Assembly: GCA_050273025.1 (NCBI GenBank)
Contig: CP158635.1
Span: 31,496,001 to 31,560,000, forward strand
Length of the DNA: 64,000 nt
Source: Cenococcum geophilum
Lineage: Eukaryota
Direction: 5' to 3'
Part shown: positions 24,049 to 37,400 of the stretch, one piece after another
Layout of the letters: each line of letters begins with the position of its first letter
How positions within the stretch are numbered: the first letter of the stretch is position 1
The notes under the pieces: generated by a model
The model's database searches: none
What the model saw: only the letters and a program-made list of their open reading frames with translations
Told to the model about the DNA's origin: nothing
Program-made: the position numbers and the translations under genes

Positions 24049-25910
24049 ATGCAACTTCTTCCTTTCCTAGCCTTGTTGGCCAATGTAGACTATGCCCTTA
24101 CGGCAACACCGAATGAATGGAGATCACGATCAATCTACCAGGTTGTCACCGACCGATTTGGACGCTCCGATGGTTCCACAACCGCGTCCTGCGACCCAGG
24201 GTTGGGGAAGTACTGTGGAGGGTCTTGGAATGGACTGGCAGATAAACTTGACTACATCAAGGGAATGGGGTTCTCTGCAGTCTGCATTTTCCTGAGGACT
24301 CGTTTGATGACCGGTGAGCTAATGTGCGAAGGTCTGGATCTCTCCCGTCACATACCAGGAACAAGAAGTAACTACGGATCTTGCCTCCTACCATGGGTAC
24401 TGGCAGCAAGACTTATACAAGCTCAATGATGCCTTTGGCAGCGAGGATGACCTCAAGGCCCTTGCACAGGCACTTCACGATCGAGACATGTATCTAATGT
24501 TGGATGTAGTGGTCAACCACTTTGCATGGCCTGGCAATGGAACGACAGTCGACTACAGCAACTTCAACCCTTTCAATAAGGAGGAGTACTTCCATCCCTT
24601 TCAGCTTCTCTCAGACCTGAATGCCAACAATAAAACGGACGCCGAAATCGGATGGCTTGGTGATGACGTTCTTTCGCTACCGGATGTCAAAACCGAAGAT
24701 CCTCAAGTGGCTTCAATGTACTATTCATGGATTGAGAGTCTCGTCTCGAACTATTCTGCTGACGGTGTGCGTATTGATACCGTCTTGAACGTCAACACGG
24801 ACTTTTTCCCTGGCTTCAATAAGGCTGCAGGTGTTTTTTGTACTGGAGAGGTCTTCAATGGTGATCCCGCATCTTCATGCCCCATACAGGAGGACCTTGA
24901 CAGTATCTTAAACTTCCCAATGTATGTGAGCTGCGTCAACAGCGTCTGAGAGATCGCGGCTTACTTTACTCCAGCTATTTCTACCTAACACGCGCCTTCA
25001 ACTCAACGAGCGGGAACATTACCGCACTCGTGGATCAAATGCAGGACGTAAAGAACAATTGTGGAGTGCGTGCGAGGTCCGATGAGCACGCTGGTTCTGG
25101 AGCTGACGAGGGCTAGGATATACACACCCTCACTACCTTTTCTGAAAACCACGACCTTCCTCGATTCGCGTCGTACACCAAAGATATGTCGGTACGTATA
25201 CCAGCGTCCACCTTTAGAACTGGTCTAACTCTGTTATAGCTAGCTTCAAACATCATCACCTATAACATTCTTGCCGATGGCATTCCAATCAGTATGTCAT
25301 CCATTTTCCCCAAAACTATTCCTACTGACAATCTGCCAAAGTATATTACGGCCAAGAGCAGCACCTCGACGGTTCATTCAATCCCGTTAACCGAGAGGCA
25401 CTGTGGCTCACGAAATACGACACCGACGCTACTCTCTACAAATTGATATCGTCACTCAATCAAATCCGCACACATGCCCATGAGAATGATAACTATGGAA
25501 CATACGTGGGGTTCACAATCTACCATGACGATCACACAATGGCGATGAGGAAGGGATTCGATGGGAGCCAAGTTATTACCGTGTTGACCAACGAAGGCGA
25601 AGGCGCAGACAGCCACACTCTCAACCTGAAGAATACCGGATTCTCTGCCGGGGAGAAGATTATGGAGGTCTTGTTTTGCAAGGAGCAGACGGTGCAGAGT
25701 GATGGAACAATCAACGTGGCCATGAAGGGCGGTCAACCGAACGTCTTCTATCCCAGCAAAGCCCTCAGCGGATCCAAGATTTGCCAGCCAGGTTCGTCAC
25801 CCCCTAAGCCGGGATCAGGATCAAGATCGTCACGAAAAGTCTTTGGGGATAGCCCTATCCTTGCATTTGTTGGTGTTTTGTCGTTATGGATAACACTTCT
25901 CTGTTGGTAA
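24049..25910 (+). CDS. agtA: GPI-anchored GH13_1 alpha-amylase-like / 4-alpha-glucanotransferase (AgtA/AmyD type), 6 exons
   Basis: Signal peptide then [16 protein letters not shown]13 regions [24 protein letters not shown]. Five GT-AG introns keep the frame. Ser/Gly-rich linker plus hydrophobic C-terminus (GPI signal). Divergent from ags1, as in the known Aspergillus ags/agt clusters. Confidence 0.92.
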
Positions 25911-25914
25911 ATCC

Positions 25915-26480
25915 CCGACAGGGGATCTAGCCCACTCTGTGCTTTGATAGTTCAGCTCATCAGACGTCATGAGGCTCAAGGAACTAAAAACATTTTGAGG
26001 GTCCTTAGCTATAAGCTGGAGCGCTTGCACTAAGTTCCCGATGATGAAGTCCAGACGCGTCTGCATGTTCGAGCTCAACTCCAGATCCACGCTGTCGCGG
26101 CCGAGTTCAACCTGAAGAGTCGTATGTTCTGTCTGCTACCGCGGCCTCTCGCCCAGAGGCTTGAAGATATCAGTCGCGTCGGCGTGTAATCTGAGAGGCC
26201 TTGCTGGTAGAATGTCGACCAAAGTGTCCAGGATGTCCGAGCTACACCCGCCTACTCTGAAAGCTCTCATGATTCCATATTGCGGATGCTTCAGCACTTC
26301 CCATGGCTCCTGGTGCGCCGATTTCAGTGCGTCCAAAATCGTCTCGGTACTCGGCAATTTGAAACGATGCGGAACAACCGTAACCTAGGCCCATCTAGAC
26401 GGTCAATGTCCTTGCTGCCTGAGAGCGTTATGGCAAAGATGACGTCGTTTGATGACACATGCGGAGCAAGTAGCTGTTAG
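25915..26480 (-). pseudogene. Fragment of a non-ribosomal peptide synthetase condensation domain (C-terminal half plus linker)
   Basis: HVSSNDVIFAITLSG..DIDRLDGP/VTVVPHR..HPQYG..LDTLVDIL..TTLQVE..LQLIAKDP matches fungal NRPS C-domain motifs. Frameshift at about 26385 and in-frame TAG at 26136-26138. No other NRPS domains nearby. Confidence 0.7.
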
Positions 26481-26556
26481 AGTCTGGACCTGATAAGTAG
26501 GAAGGTTTAGTAGCACTTTTAAACAATATTTTCATTTGCTATTTGCTGCACCACCC

Positions 26557-26944
26557 TAGTTATCTCGTTCCCAGACCTTCATCCAAGGTTTAGCCGTGAA
26601 CTAAACCGTTTTAGGTCAAACTTTCGTTAGAAGGTCTGGAGCACGTACGGAATTTTAAAAAGATCTGAGTGTAAATCTTGGGGTATATACGGAGGTGCCT
26701 TTCAAAAGTCTTTGCCGCCAAGCCAGCTTACCGCCAAGTCAGAACAATAAGATTCTGCCTGCAGAATTCTGCTACGTCATCAAGCGTTCTACCAAGTTCG
26801 TTTTCAGCAGCTTAATTCCGCAGCTTTTAAGATTTTTTAATATTCTAAATGACTACTAAAAGATCTACTGCTAAACGTTCTCGGCTATGACTTAGGTATA
26901 AGGGCTTAAATTGTAGCTCTTAGAGCTTATATAATCTTAGCTAT
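26557..26944. mobile_element. End of a DNA-transposon-like element (terminus TAGTTATCTCGTTCCCAGACC), interrupted by an LTR at 26945
   Basis: 26557-26656 is an inverted copy of 4443-4547, and 26686-26875 is a direct copy of 22898-23070. Confidence 0.65.
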
Positions 26945-29900
26945 TATTAGCGACTTAGTTAATTAAGGCACTAGCACGGCAAGGATAGACGCGCAAGCCT
27001 ATACGATTAGATTATCTATAAATAAGGATTTAAAGCTAGAGAAAGGAAAGGAAAAGAAGAAGAGCAGCGCCGTTTAAAGTAGGGTTCTTGTCACGGAACA
27101 CCCCCGTGACACCTTATACTCGTCCACCTGTTTCCACCGACTCAGCAACTAGAGACCGACTACGAGACCACAATTTGCCGCAATCTATGGCAATCTAACG
27201 GCAATCTGCCGCATTCTGCTATATTCCACTAAGTTCTACTAAGTTCTACTAAATCCTACTAAGTTCTGCTAGGACTACTATTTAAATCCTATTCTACTCT
27301 ATATATTAACTAAGCAACTAAGTCCATAATATATACCCTTTCTTCCTATTTTCCTACCTTCTTCCCTTATATAACGTCTTAACTTCCTTATATAGTTTAT
27401 ATATATAGCTTAATAATATCTACCTTACTATATATTATTATCACTTATACTTACTTCGTAACACTACGTTACGTTAACTACTTATACTACTATTAATATA
27501 TAAAATATACCTAAAGCTCCTACAACGGCCGCTAGTATTATATCCGCACTTTAAGAATAATTAGTAAAGATATAGAAGTCTTTTATAGACGCCCTTATAC
27601 AGAACTAAGCTACTTTAAATTAATAATAAGCTAAATAAGAAGCATAATACTAATAATTAATTAAGGACCTCTAAGAAGAAGTCTGCACCCTTAAAATGCC
27701 TATATTAGGGCCTTAAAACTAAACGCTATTTTTAAAGATAAATATATAGAATAAGAGTCCCGAACCTATAATAGTTATCTACCCTAAACTAACTACTATA
27801 CTAAAATAATTTAAACAACTACTAGATCCCTTAGTATTTACTAATAAATAATAAGAACTCTAATTATTTCTAAGCTAGCTTAAAAATAAGCTAACTAGTA
27901 ACGCTAACTATTACCTAACTAAAGCTAACCAACTCTATTACGCCCTAAGTTAACTAAAAAGAGAGGTAGCTAACCTTATTAAACCTCTTTAGCTAAACTT
28001 AGTATAAAGCCTAGTTATACTTCTTAAAGCCTTATACGGTAACCTAAACCGCTAAGCTATTACTTAGAGAAAGATAAACTATATAGCTTAAGGAACAAAA
28101 AAGTTTCCTAGTATACTTCTCTAAATTTAACCATTACGTATGGGAAATAGGCTAGAATAACTCCGCACTAATTAACAGCCTTATTAAATCTTTAAGCCTT
28201 AAACTAAAAACCTCCCTAATAGGCGTAGACCTATTAGGAGCCCTTAATGCCTATATAAACGTCGTTAATAAACGGTATAATAATATATTACGCCTAATAC
28301 TAAAACACGCTCCTTAATACAATATAACAGCCCCGTAAACGTCCACTAAGTTATCTTAGCTTAAGCACCCTAACGCTATAGATATTAATACTAGGACCTT
28401 AAGATATACCATACTAGGGTCCTTTAAATAAGAATAACGCATTAAGCTAGGCCTCTGCTTTAAATATAAAAGTAACTCCTACCTCTTTAACCACTACTTC
28501 GCCCCTTTTTAAAAAGATCTATAAATAGTTATAAGTAGCCTACCGCCCTAATCCTCTAGCTACCGTCCCTAATCTTTATCTGGCTTTAGCTTAATAATTA
28601 GTAAGCACTATTTATAAGGACGAAGCTTTAACTAACGTCCTATAAGAACCTTACCCTAATCGCCTCTAAAAGGAAGGTCTTAGAGCTAAGTCGCTTTCTA
28701 GGACAGCTCTATTATAGGATTTTATTAAACGTATTTAATATTACAAACTCTAACTTTTAGGACTATAGTATAACTATTAGCTGCCGTCTTTAGCAGAATA
28801 GTTAATAGGCTAATGCTTAAATTCTAATTAATATAGGAGCTAGCGGCATAGGATTTATTAATAAGATCTTTATATAAGATAATGGCTTTACCCTAACCCC
28901 CCTTAACCGGCATATTAATATATTTGGATCTAATAGCAAACGCACTATCTTAGGCTATATTACCTATGTAGTATTCCTAAAATTCTAATACCTAAACCAC
29001 GAAAAATTAATTAAACTTTTTGTTACCACCCTAGGTTATTTAGTAATTCTTAAATAATCCTAAATAAAGCTATATAAGGTAACTATTAATTAAAACAACC
29101 TTAAGCTTTTATTTACCGCCTCCTGTTATAAGCATAAGTGCCTTATAACTTACTACTTAGACCTAAATCTAAAATCTAAAAAATCTACTAGGATCTACTA
29201 GTCTAAAATTTCTATAACTATCTACCCTATACCTAAGGAATCTACTAAATTCTACTAACCTAGGAATTCTACTAAATTCCACCAATATAAGATTTTTATA
29301 AATGTCCACTCTACGCCTAAAGAATCTACCAGATTCTACTAGCATAAGAACTCCACTAAATTCCACTAATATAAGAATTTTACTAATATCTACTAAGGAT
29401 CTAAAAACTCTACTAAATTCTATAAGTTATTACTAAGCACTGCACCGCCCTAAGCTAAGTAGAAGCTTAAGCTTAATATACAAAAATACTAGAAGGACTA
29501 GTATTCTACTATAAAAAGAATTCTTAAAGAACCCGAACCTAAATCTAATACTAACTCTATACCTAATACTAAACCTAAACCTAAATAAGAAACTATGGAC
29601 AATCTAAGCGAGCTTAGCACCCTAGATATCTGTATAATTAGAGCTACCTTACTAGCGTAACTTGCTAAGAAACCCAAGCATATAATCTTCGCTGTTACAA
29701 TAGTTAATATTAAGAAGGCCTTAGCACTAAAGAAGTATACTAACCCTGCCATAAAGGTACTAGTAGAGTATTATAACCGCCTAGAGGTATTTTTATAAAA
29801 GAAAGCTAACAAGCTACCAGAATACCAATTATATAACTATAAGATTATACTTAAAGAAGGAAAGTAGCCTAGATTTAGACCCCTATATAGGATATCTACG

Positions 29901-31403
29901 AACTCTAAGTACTATAGACGTATCTAGACGAGAACCTAAGTAAAGGATTTATTAGAGCAAGCTCTTTACTTATAGCCATACTAGTAATCTTTATTAAGAA
30001 ACTAGGCAGCGGACTACGCTTCTACGTAAACTACTAAGCTCTTAACGCCGTTACCGTTAAGAACTAATATCTAATCCCACTAATATAAGAGACGCTAAAC
30101 CGATTAAGTAAGGCTCACTTTTATATAAAGCTTAATATTATCTCTATATTTAACCGCCTTTATATTACAAAAGGAGATAAATAGCTTATTGTATTTTGTA
30201 CCTAATACGGATTATTTAAGTACTTAGTAATACCCTTTAGCCTTATAAACGATCTAAGCTTATTTTAATATTACGTAAATAGTACCCTACGTCCCTACCT
30301 AGATATCTTCTATAGTACTTATATTAACAACATCCTAATATATAGTAATAACCTAACAAAATACTAGAAATACGTTAATCTTATTCTATAAGCCCTATAA
30401 GGAGCTAGTTTATAATTAAATATAAATAAATACGAATTCTATAAAATAGAAGTCCTATACCTTAGGCTTTTTATTTCTATAAATGGTATATAAATAGACT
30501 TAAAGAAAGTCGAAGTAATTATAAACTAATAAGAATTTAAGAACGTTAAGGATATAAGAGCCTTTATAGGATTTACCAATTTCTACTAATAATTTATTAA
30601 TAACTTCTCTGCCCTAGTTTTACCCCTTATAGCTTTAACCTAAAAGAATAAAGCCTTTATCTTTAATAAGGAATATAAGAAGGCCTTTACTTACCTAAAG
30701 GTTATATTTACTACTATATTTATGCTTTAATACTTTAACCTAAAATAAATAAGTGTTATAGAAGCCGACTTATCTAATTACGTTATTAGAGGTAGTTTGT
30801 CTTAATATAATAAAGAAGGAGTATTGCACCCTATAGTATACTTTTTAAAGTAACTAAGCCCTACTAAATATAATTACGAGATCTATAATAAAGAATAACT
30901 AGCTATTATTAGATACTTTAAGTAATAGCGACCCGAACTAGAAGGCGCCGGATTTCTAATTAAGGTCCTTAGCGACTATAAGAACCTATAGTACTTTACA
31001 ACTATAAAATAGCTAAGTTATTATTAGGCCCGCTAGTTAGAATATATATCTTATTTCCAATTCTTAATTTTATACTGCTTAGGCGTTTAAGGTTAAAAGC
31101 TTAATACTCTAACCTAACGCTTATAAGACGCGCTAGCCCTAAAGGAAGCACGCTTTTACTAAAATTAAGCCCTACTTCGCTCTAAACTATTTAACCCGCT
31201 TACTAAAGATTTTATAGTATACGTCCTTAAAATAACTAATTAATTAATTAAATGGATTATAGTTAACAAATACCTAAATAACGAGTTTATTTAAGAGACG
31301 CTTAAGCTAATATAAGATAGCATTAAACGCTTTAAAAAGATTTCTTTAAGTAAATATAAAGCCTATAGAAACTGCTTATATTACTAGAACCGCCTAGTTA
31401 TAC

Positions 31404-34400
31404 TATAAGAGGCCAGCCTAACCGGAACGTATAATTATCTAATCGATAGTGTCACCGGTAAGTAGAAGGTAAGTTAAAGGTAAATAAAAGGTAAGTTAAA
31501 GGTAGAATAAGTTTCACGTATTAAAGGACAAATGCTTTTAACCACTTCTATTTAGAGACTAATTGCTAATTCTTCTCTAGAGGAGAACCAGCTCCCTATA
31601 TGATCTTTCTAAGACGCTAGTAAAACCCTTTGCCCCTTATCTGTCTGACCGTATCTTCTAAAACGTAGATGGAATATAGGTAAGACCTCCTTCTAGAACA
31701 TAGATAAGACCTCCTTCTGTCTTATCTAATATGTACCTTCTAGGGAATTCCGTTACAATTGCCTCCCCTTTAAGGGTCTTAGTCCTTTAAGACTTCGCCT
31801 CTACTAAGCTTTTATAGAGTTCCGGCTAAAACCACTAGGGAAATTCTTAGTGGAAAGGTACTCTATAATGCGGCTTATAGCTAGTTCTTCACTAGCATAG
31901 AACCTCACTTTATCCTTAGTTCCTCTGCTCTTTTCCCACTATAGTTCCCTATAATGCCTTTATAATAGAACTAAAATAATAATAATAAAAATTGGATGGG
32001 ATTCACCTTTCTTATTATAAGAGTTTGTTATAAGTTGATCTAGAGGTTATCCTATGCAACGCGTCCATAAGCCACTATCCCCATTTACCTAAAATGGATT
32101 CTAATAATAACGTCTTTATTTTAATTTTCTTCCAGTTTATAAGCTATCGCCTCTTATACGTCTTTTTATTAACAACACTATTCGTCTTATCTTTTAGCAA
32201 ACTGTTTCCTCTATATCTCCGCTTTTAGCTTCCATGTCTCTAGCTATTCTTTTATAGCTACTTTGTTCTCTTCTTATAATACGTCTATAAGTAATAGGAT
32301 CCCCACCTTATCTTCTTATAACAATACTAACTTCTTAGAGTATTCTCTTATAATAGCTCGTGGTCCCTAGACTGGCGGCAGTATCATTAATCTCCCGGTG
32401 ATACCCTAGACAACATCTGTTACTCCTACAGCAGTTTCCCTAAAATGCTGTCGTTGCTATATTTATGCTCTTACGTAGGATCCTTCCCACGTCTATAAGA
32501 TGCCTCGCTTTGGCGAAAATAAATCTAAGTACTTCCATTGTTGTAGCAGGAGAAAGACCTGCGTCCTAGTATTTCCTATTCCGTCCTATTCTAGATTTCG
32601 CTAATTATACTAGATCCCTGCTATCTATACGCATAAGACTTATAGGCTCTAATACGCCATCTAAGATTTCCGCTAATATTCTAATAGTAATAAGCGGGGA
32701 CAGAAGGTGTCTTCCCTTGCTCGCAGACTCTTTAATTCCATAAGGGTTTCCACTACTATAGAGACGTAATGTTCTCGGATATACAGTGTCTAAGAGCGCA
32801 TATGCGAACAGCTCGTCCTTATTAATAATAATATTTATACTCTTACGCGGGCTACTCTAGCCAGGTAAGTTTCTCTAGTGACTTGCTTAGGAACTATGCT
32901 AACTCCTTTAGCTAATATCTCTCTAATCCCTGCTTAGACGCCGATTTGGAACCTAGGGATACTAAGAATAGTAATAAAGGTTAAGATAAACGTTCTCCTT
33001 ACCAGTCTCCCGCCCATGCTAGTTCTTCCAGTACCCGTCATTCCAAGAAGAATGTTAGTAGAAGTGCTAATACTTCTGGGGATGGAGGAGCTAATGATAC
33101 CGTCGATAATGACATTAAGATAGAAGAGGAGGCTCCTGTTACTGCTACTGGTGTTTAAGTTATTACTTAGCTCTTTCCTTCTTATAGAATAGCTTTATAT
33201 AGTGCCTCTTAGGTGCCTCCAGGATGCCCTATTATTAGGAATTAACTTTATACTTTAGGGATGCCTTTATTCTAAGCTTTGGTAACAATCTATATAAACG
33301 CAGTGCACTATTATAATCCGCATATATAATAAACGGGTGGTGTTCCTATAGGTGCCTTATAATTCCTTAAAATTTCTAATTCTTTATAGGCTATCCTTTT
33401 GCTTCTCTTCGTACTATTAACTTTACTACGTATCTCTAGTGCTAGGCCAGATACTCTCCTTTTATCCCTAGGGGATCTTGCTAAATCCCCGAGGCCACTT
33501 CTTATAGTGCTACTACTTCTTCTTATATAGCGTCTTCTTTAAACAGTATCCCTAGTAGTTCTCCTATAGATCCTTATAGGCTTCCTCTTATAGGATTCTA
33601 GGATCCCTATTATAATAGCAAAACGTTTCCGTTCTTAATGCCTATACTTAATCCTATAGTTTTAATTTATGGGGTCTTCCCTATTACTTTACCTATGGTA
33701 TATCTGGAACCATTTCTAAGTCTTTACCTTTAGTTCTTAGGAAGGTTTTAATTACGGTGTCGTATCCCGGCTAAAGGTACTCCTTAGGTTCCCAACTATT
33801 ATACGCCTAGGAGTATCCTTCCCAACGAACTAAAAATTCACACTTCTTTTGGCGCCATCTTTGGTCCAGAATATCTTCTATATTCCATTTTAGTTCCCTA
33901 TTAATTTTGCTAGGTAGGGGCGGTTCCGCACTATCTCTTCTCTAATATAGCTCTAGTAAGGAAACATAAAATATAGGATATATTAGATAAGATTTCGGTA
34001 ATTCCAATTCGTAGGCTTAGTTTCCTTTAGTTTTCTTAACTATCTTAAAGGGTCTAAGCTACTGGTAATCCAGCTTCTTCTTAATGCGTTTTATTTGGAT
34101 ATTTTTTATAAATAGTAAGACTTCGTCTCCTATCTTAAATTCTTTTAGTATATATTTTTCGTTATAGTACCTTTTTTACACAGCCTGGGCGTCTAGTAAG
34201 TGCTTTTTGAGTTCCTCTCTGCGAATTCTCATTTGCTTAATTCTTTTAGACGCTGCTAGTGCCTCTCTTTCAGGAACGATGTCCTTAACGTTCTAGGGGT
34301 TATTTACTTTTACCCCAAACAATGCTTTATAAGGGGTCATTTTTATACTGCTATGGATGCTTATATTATATACGTGCTGCGCTAAAGCCAACCACAATGT

Positions 34401-37400
34401 CTAATTATCCTGTTAATAATTAATATAGTAGCGGAGGTAGTGTTCCAACAACGCATTTAGACGCTCTATTTACCCGTCTATTTACGGGTAAAAGGTAGTA
34501 CTTATCCTTTGCTGTATTTTTAATAAGAGATAGAATAAAGACTAAAATGCACTATTAAATATGGTGCCTCTATTAGATATAATTCCCCTTAGCGTGCTGA
34601 ATAAGAGCCACCGTTCTAAAAACAGGTCTACCAGTTCTACTGCTATAATCGTTATTATAATAGTAAAGTATCCTAAAAACTTTGTATACCTATTAACAAT
34701 TACTAGGATAGCGTTAGCAACCTCTCTAGTTCTTGTCTTAGTAGGGGGTAAGCCTATAATAAAATCTATTATTAATTTTAATATAGGTCCCTGCGGAATA
34801 GGAAGCACTAATAACTCGCCGTATAGGTAATGCCTAGATATCTATATCCTTTGGCACGTATTATACCTTAATATATAGTCCTTAACCTCTTTAGATATTC
34901 CGTCCTAAAAGTATTTCCTTTAAACAGCCTTAAGGGTTCTATTAGCACCGTAGTAACCCCTAAGAGGGTCGTTATAGAAGACCTTTAGAATTTCGTCTTA
35001 AATTGCTTAGTCCTTTAGAATATATACAGCACCCTTAAAGCGTAACAGACCCTTTTAATCTTACTACTATAGCTTCTTAGTAACTCCAGCCAAGTTAGTC
35101 TCCACTATATCTTTCTACCTCTCCCTAAAGGCGAAGGCGTCCCTTTATTAAGCTTAAAAAAGAAGATCTAGAAAGGTTTCGTGTAAATTACTTACTTCCG
35201 TTTCGCCTGCCGCCATTACAGACTTAAGGCGTGGCACGAGACGTTTTAAACCATTAGTGCCAGCAGATTCTCCTACTGTTATATAGTATGCCATGCTGCG
35301 GATAGGTATCTTGCCTATCCCCCTTAGATCTAAGAACTCGCAGCTAATATACCGTTGAGTTAAAGGTGCCGTAATACCTCTAGCATATCCCGTAGAATTC
35401 TCGCTAATTCTAGGGTACGCCAACTTTATAACGTCTACTTAGTCTATAACCTAGTCTATAACTATATCCTACGGCTCTATAATTATATCACTTCACAGCT
35501 GCATCGCTAGGACCTCTGCCCTGCCGCAAAATTCTATAGTTCTAGGGAAAGAGTCTTCTTTCTTCCTAAGCAAATTTTGCAATATGGGGATTATTTCCCC
35601 TATACTGTCCTAGATCCTCCCTATCTCATAATCCAGACGTCTTAATAACCCATTAGTAGGATTTATCTTTCCTAGGCGGTACGTAATCTTAAAATCGTAC
35701 TATAATAGTGCCTCTGCCTACCTAGCTTATTGACCGCTTAATACCTTTATAGTTATAAAGTATTCCAGATTGTTATAGTCTGTAAGGACTTTAATGGGAT
35801 AATTGCTTCCCATATAATAATATCACCAGTGCTTTATTGCTGCAATTATCGTAAGCAGCTCCTAGTCGTGCGTTATATAACGCTGCTCTATAGGGGTTAT
35901 TTTCCTTAACTAAAATGCCACAGGATGCTATTTTCCGTCTTTTAATTAAGATATAATTGCCCCTAGGGCAAAGCCGGATATATTCGTTTTAAGGTATATA
36001 TATAGCTCCTAGCAGAAGTATATTAGGATAGGCGCTAACGTAAATAAATCCTTTAACCGGTCTATAGCCTGCTTAGCAGTTTCCCCAAATATAAAGGGTC
36101 CTAACTTCCTGCCATTCTTAGATCCTTTTAGTAGATCGGTAATTAGGAGTATTACTTATAAGTAGTAAACAATAAACGTTTAGTAGAAGTTCGCCGTGCC
36201 TAAGAAAACCTATACTTCTCTAAATGTCGTAGGGTAGGGCTATTCCCTAATAGCGTCCACCCGACTTTTCTTTATTAATATTCCGTTAACGCTAATAATA
36301 AAGCCTAAAAAATTAATGCTAGTAGCATAGAACGTGCACTTTTTTAGGTTTATATAGAGCTTGTATTCCCGCAGTCTTTCTAGTACCATTCGCACGTAGT
36401 ACGTATATGCTTCGTAGTTATTAGAGTAGACTATAATGTTATTAAGGTAGACCACATATATTGTGTCTAACAGGCCCAATAATACCTTATTAATATAGGC
36501 CTAAAATATCACTGGTGCGTTAGTGAGCCCGAATAGCATTACTAGGTACTTAAAGTGGCCGTACCATATTCGGAACGCCGTTTTCCACTTATCGCCGGCT
36601 TTAATCTAGATTTAATAGTATATATCTTTTAAATCCAATTTCGTGAATATCTTTACGCCCAACAGCCTATTAATAAGCTCCCCTATTAAGGGTAACGGGT
36701 AGCAATTCTTTATAGTAATCTTATTTAGCGCCTAATAGTTAACACAGAGGCGAAGGGTCCCATCCTTCTTAGGTATAAATATAATCGGCGCCCCTACCAG
36801 GCTTATAGAGGGCTAAATCCATCCTCTCTAAAGATTGTCTACTATATATTAACGCAGTACCGCTAGCTTATTTTCTGACAGGTTATATAGCGGTCTAAAA
36901 GGAGGTTGTTTATCCCCTATATCTATCTCATGCTTAACTAATATAGGGTCAGGTAAGGTTTATGTAGCCTCTTTACTAGAAACATCCTCTAAGTCCGCAT
37001 ATTCCTATAAAATCTCTAGTTCCTTAACTACGTATAGCCGGACATCCAAAAATAAATATCCTATGTCCCCGTTCTTAGTGTTAAGAGTAGCATATATAGT
37101 ATATACCCACCCTTCTTCTTATACATAGTTTAAGAAAGTCTCTTAATCTTTAACTATAATGCGTGGTTAAGACTTCCAATATTAATACGAGGCTAAAGGC
37201 TAATTAATGTCCGGATTAACTTGGCGAAGCTATGGGTATCCCAAAATAAGGTTATACCCCTTAATTTCTGCGGCATAGAAGCGTATCTCCTACATGTCCT
37301 ATAGACTATCGCGGTCCTAGCTAGCCACGGAAAAAGCCTATTCCCTATAGCATGGAATCTAGTGGCCTCTAATACTTTGAATGGTGCGCACCTATAAGCC

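Noticed and set aside
23589..24116. 175-aa and 115-aa ORFs upstream of the amylase
   Set aside because: No recognisable domain; the longer one starts at a non-ATG codon in a transposon end and overlaps the promoter/5' UTR.
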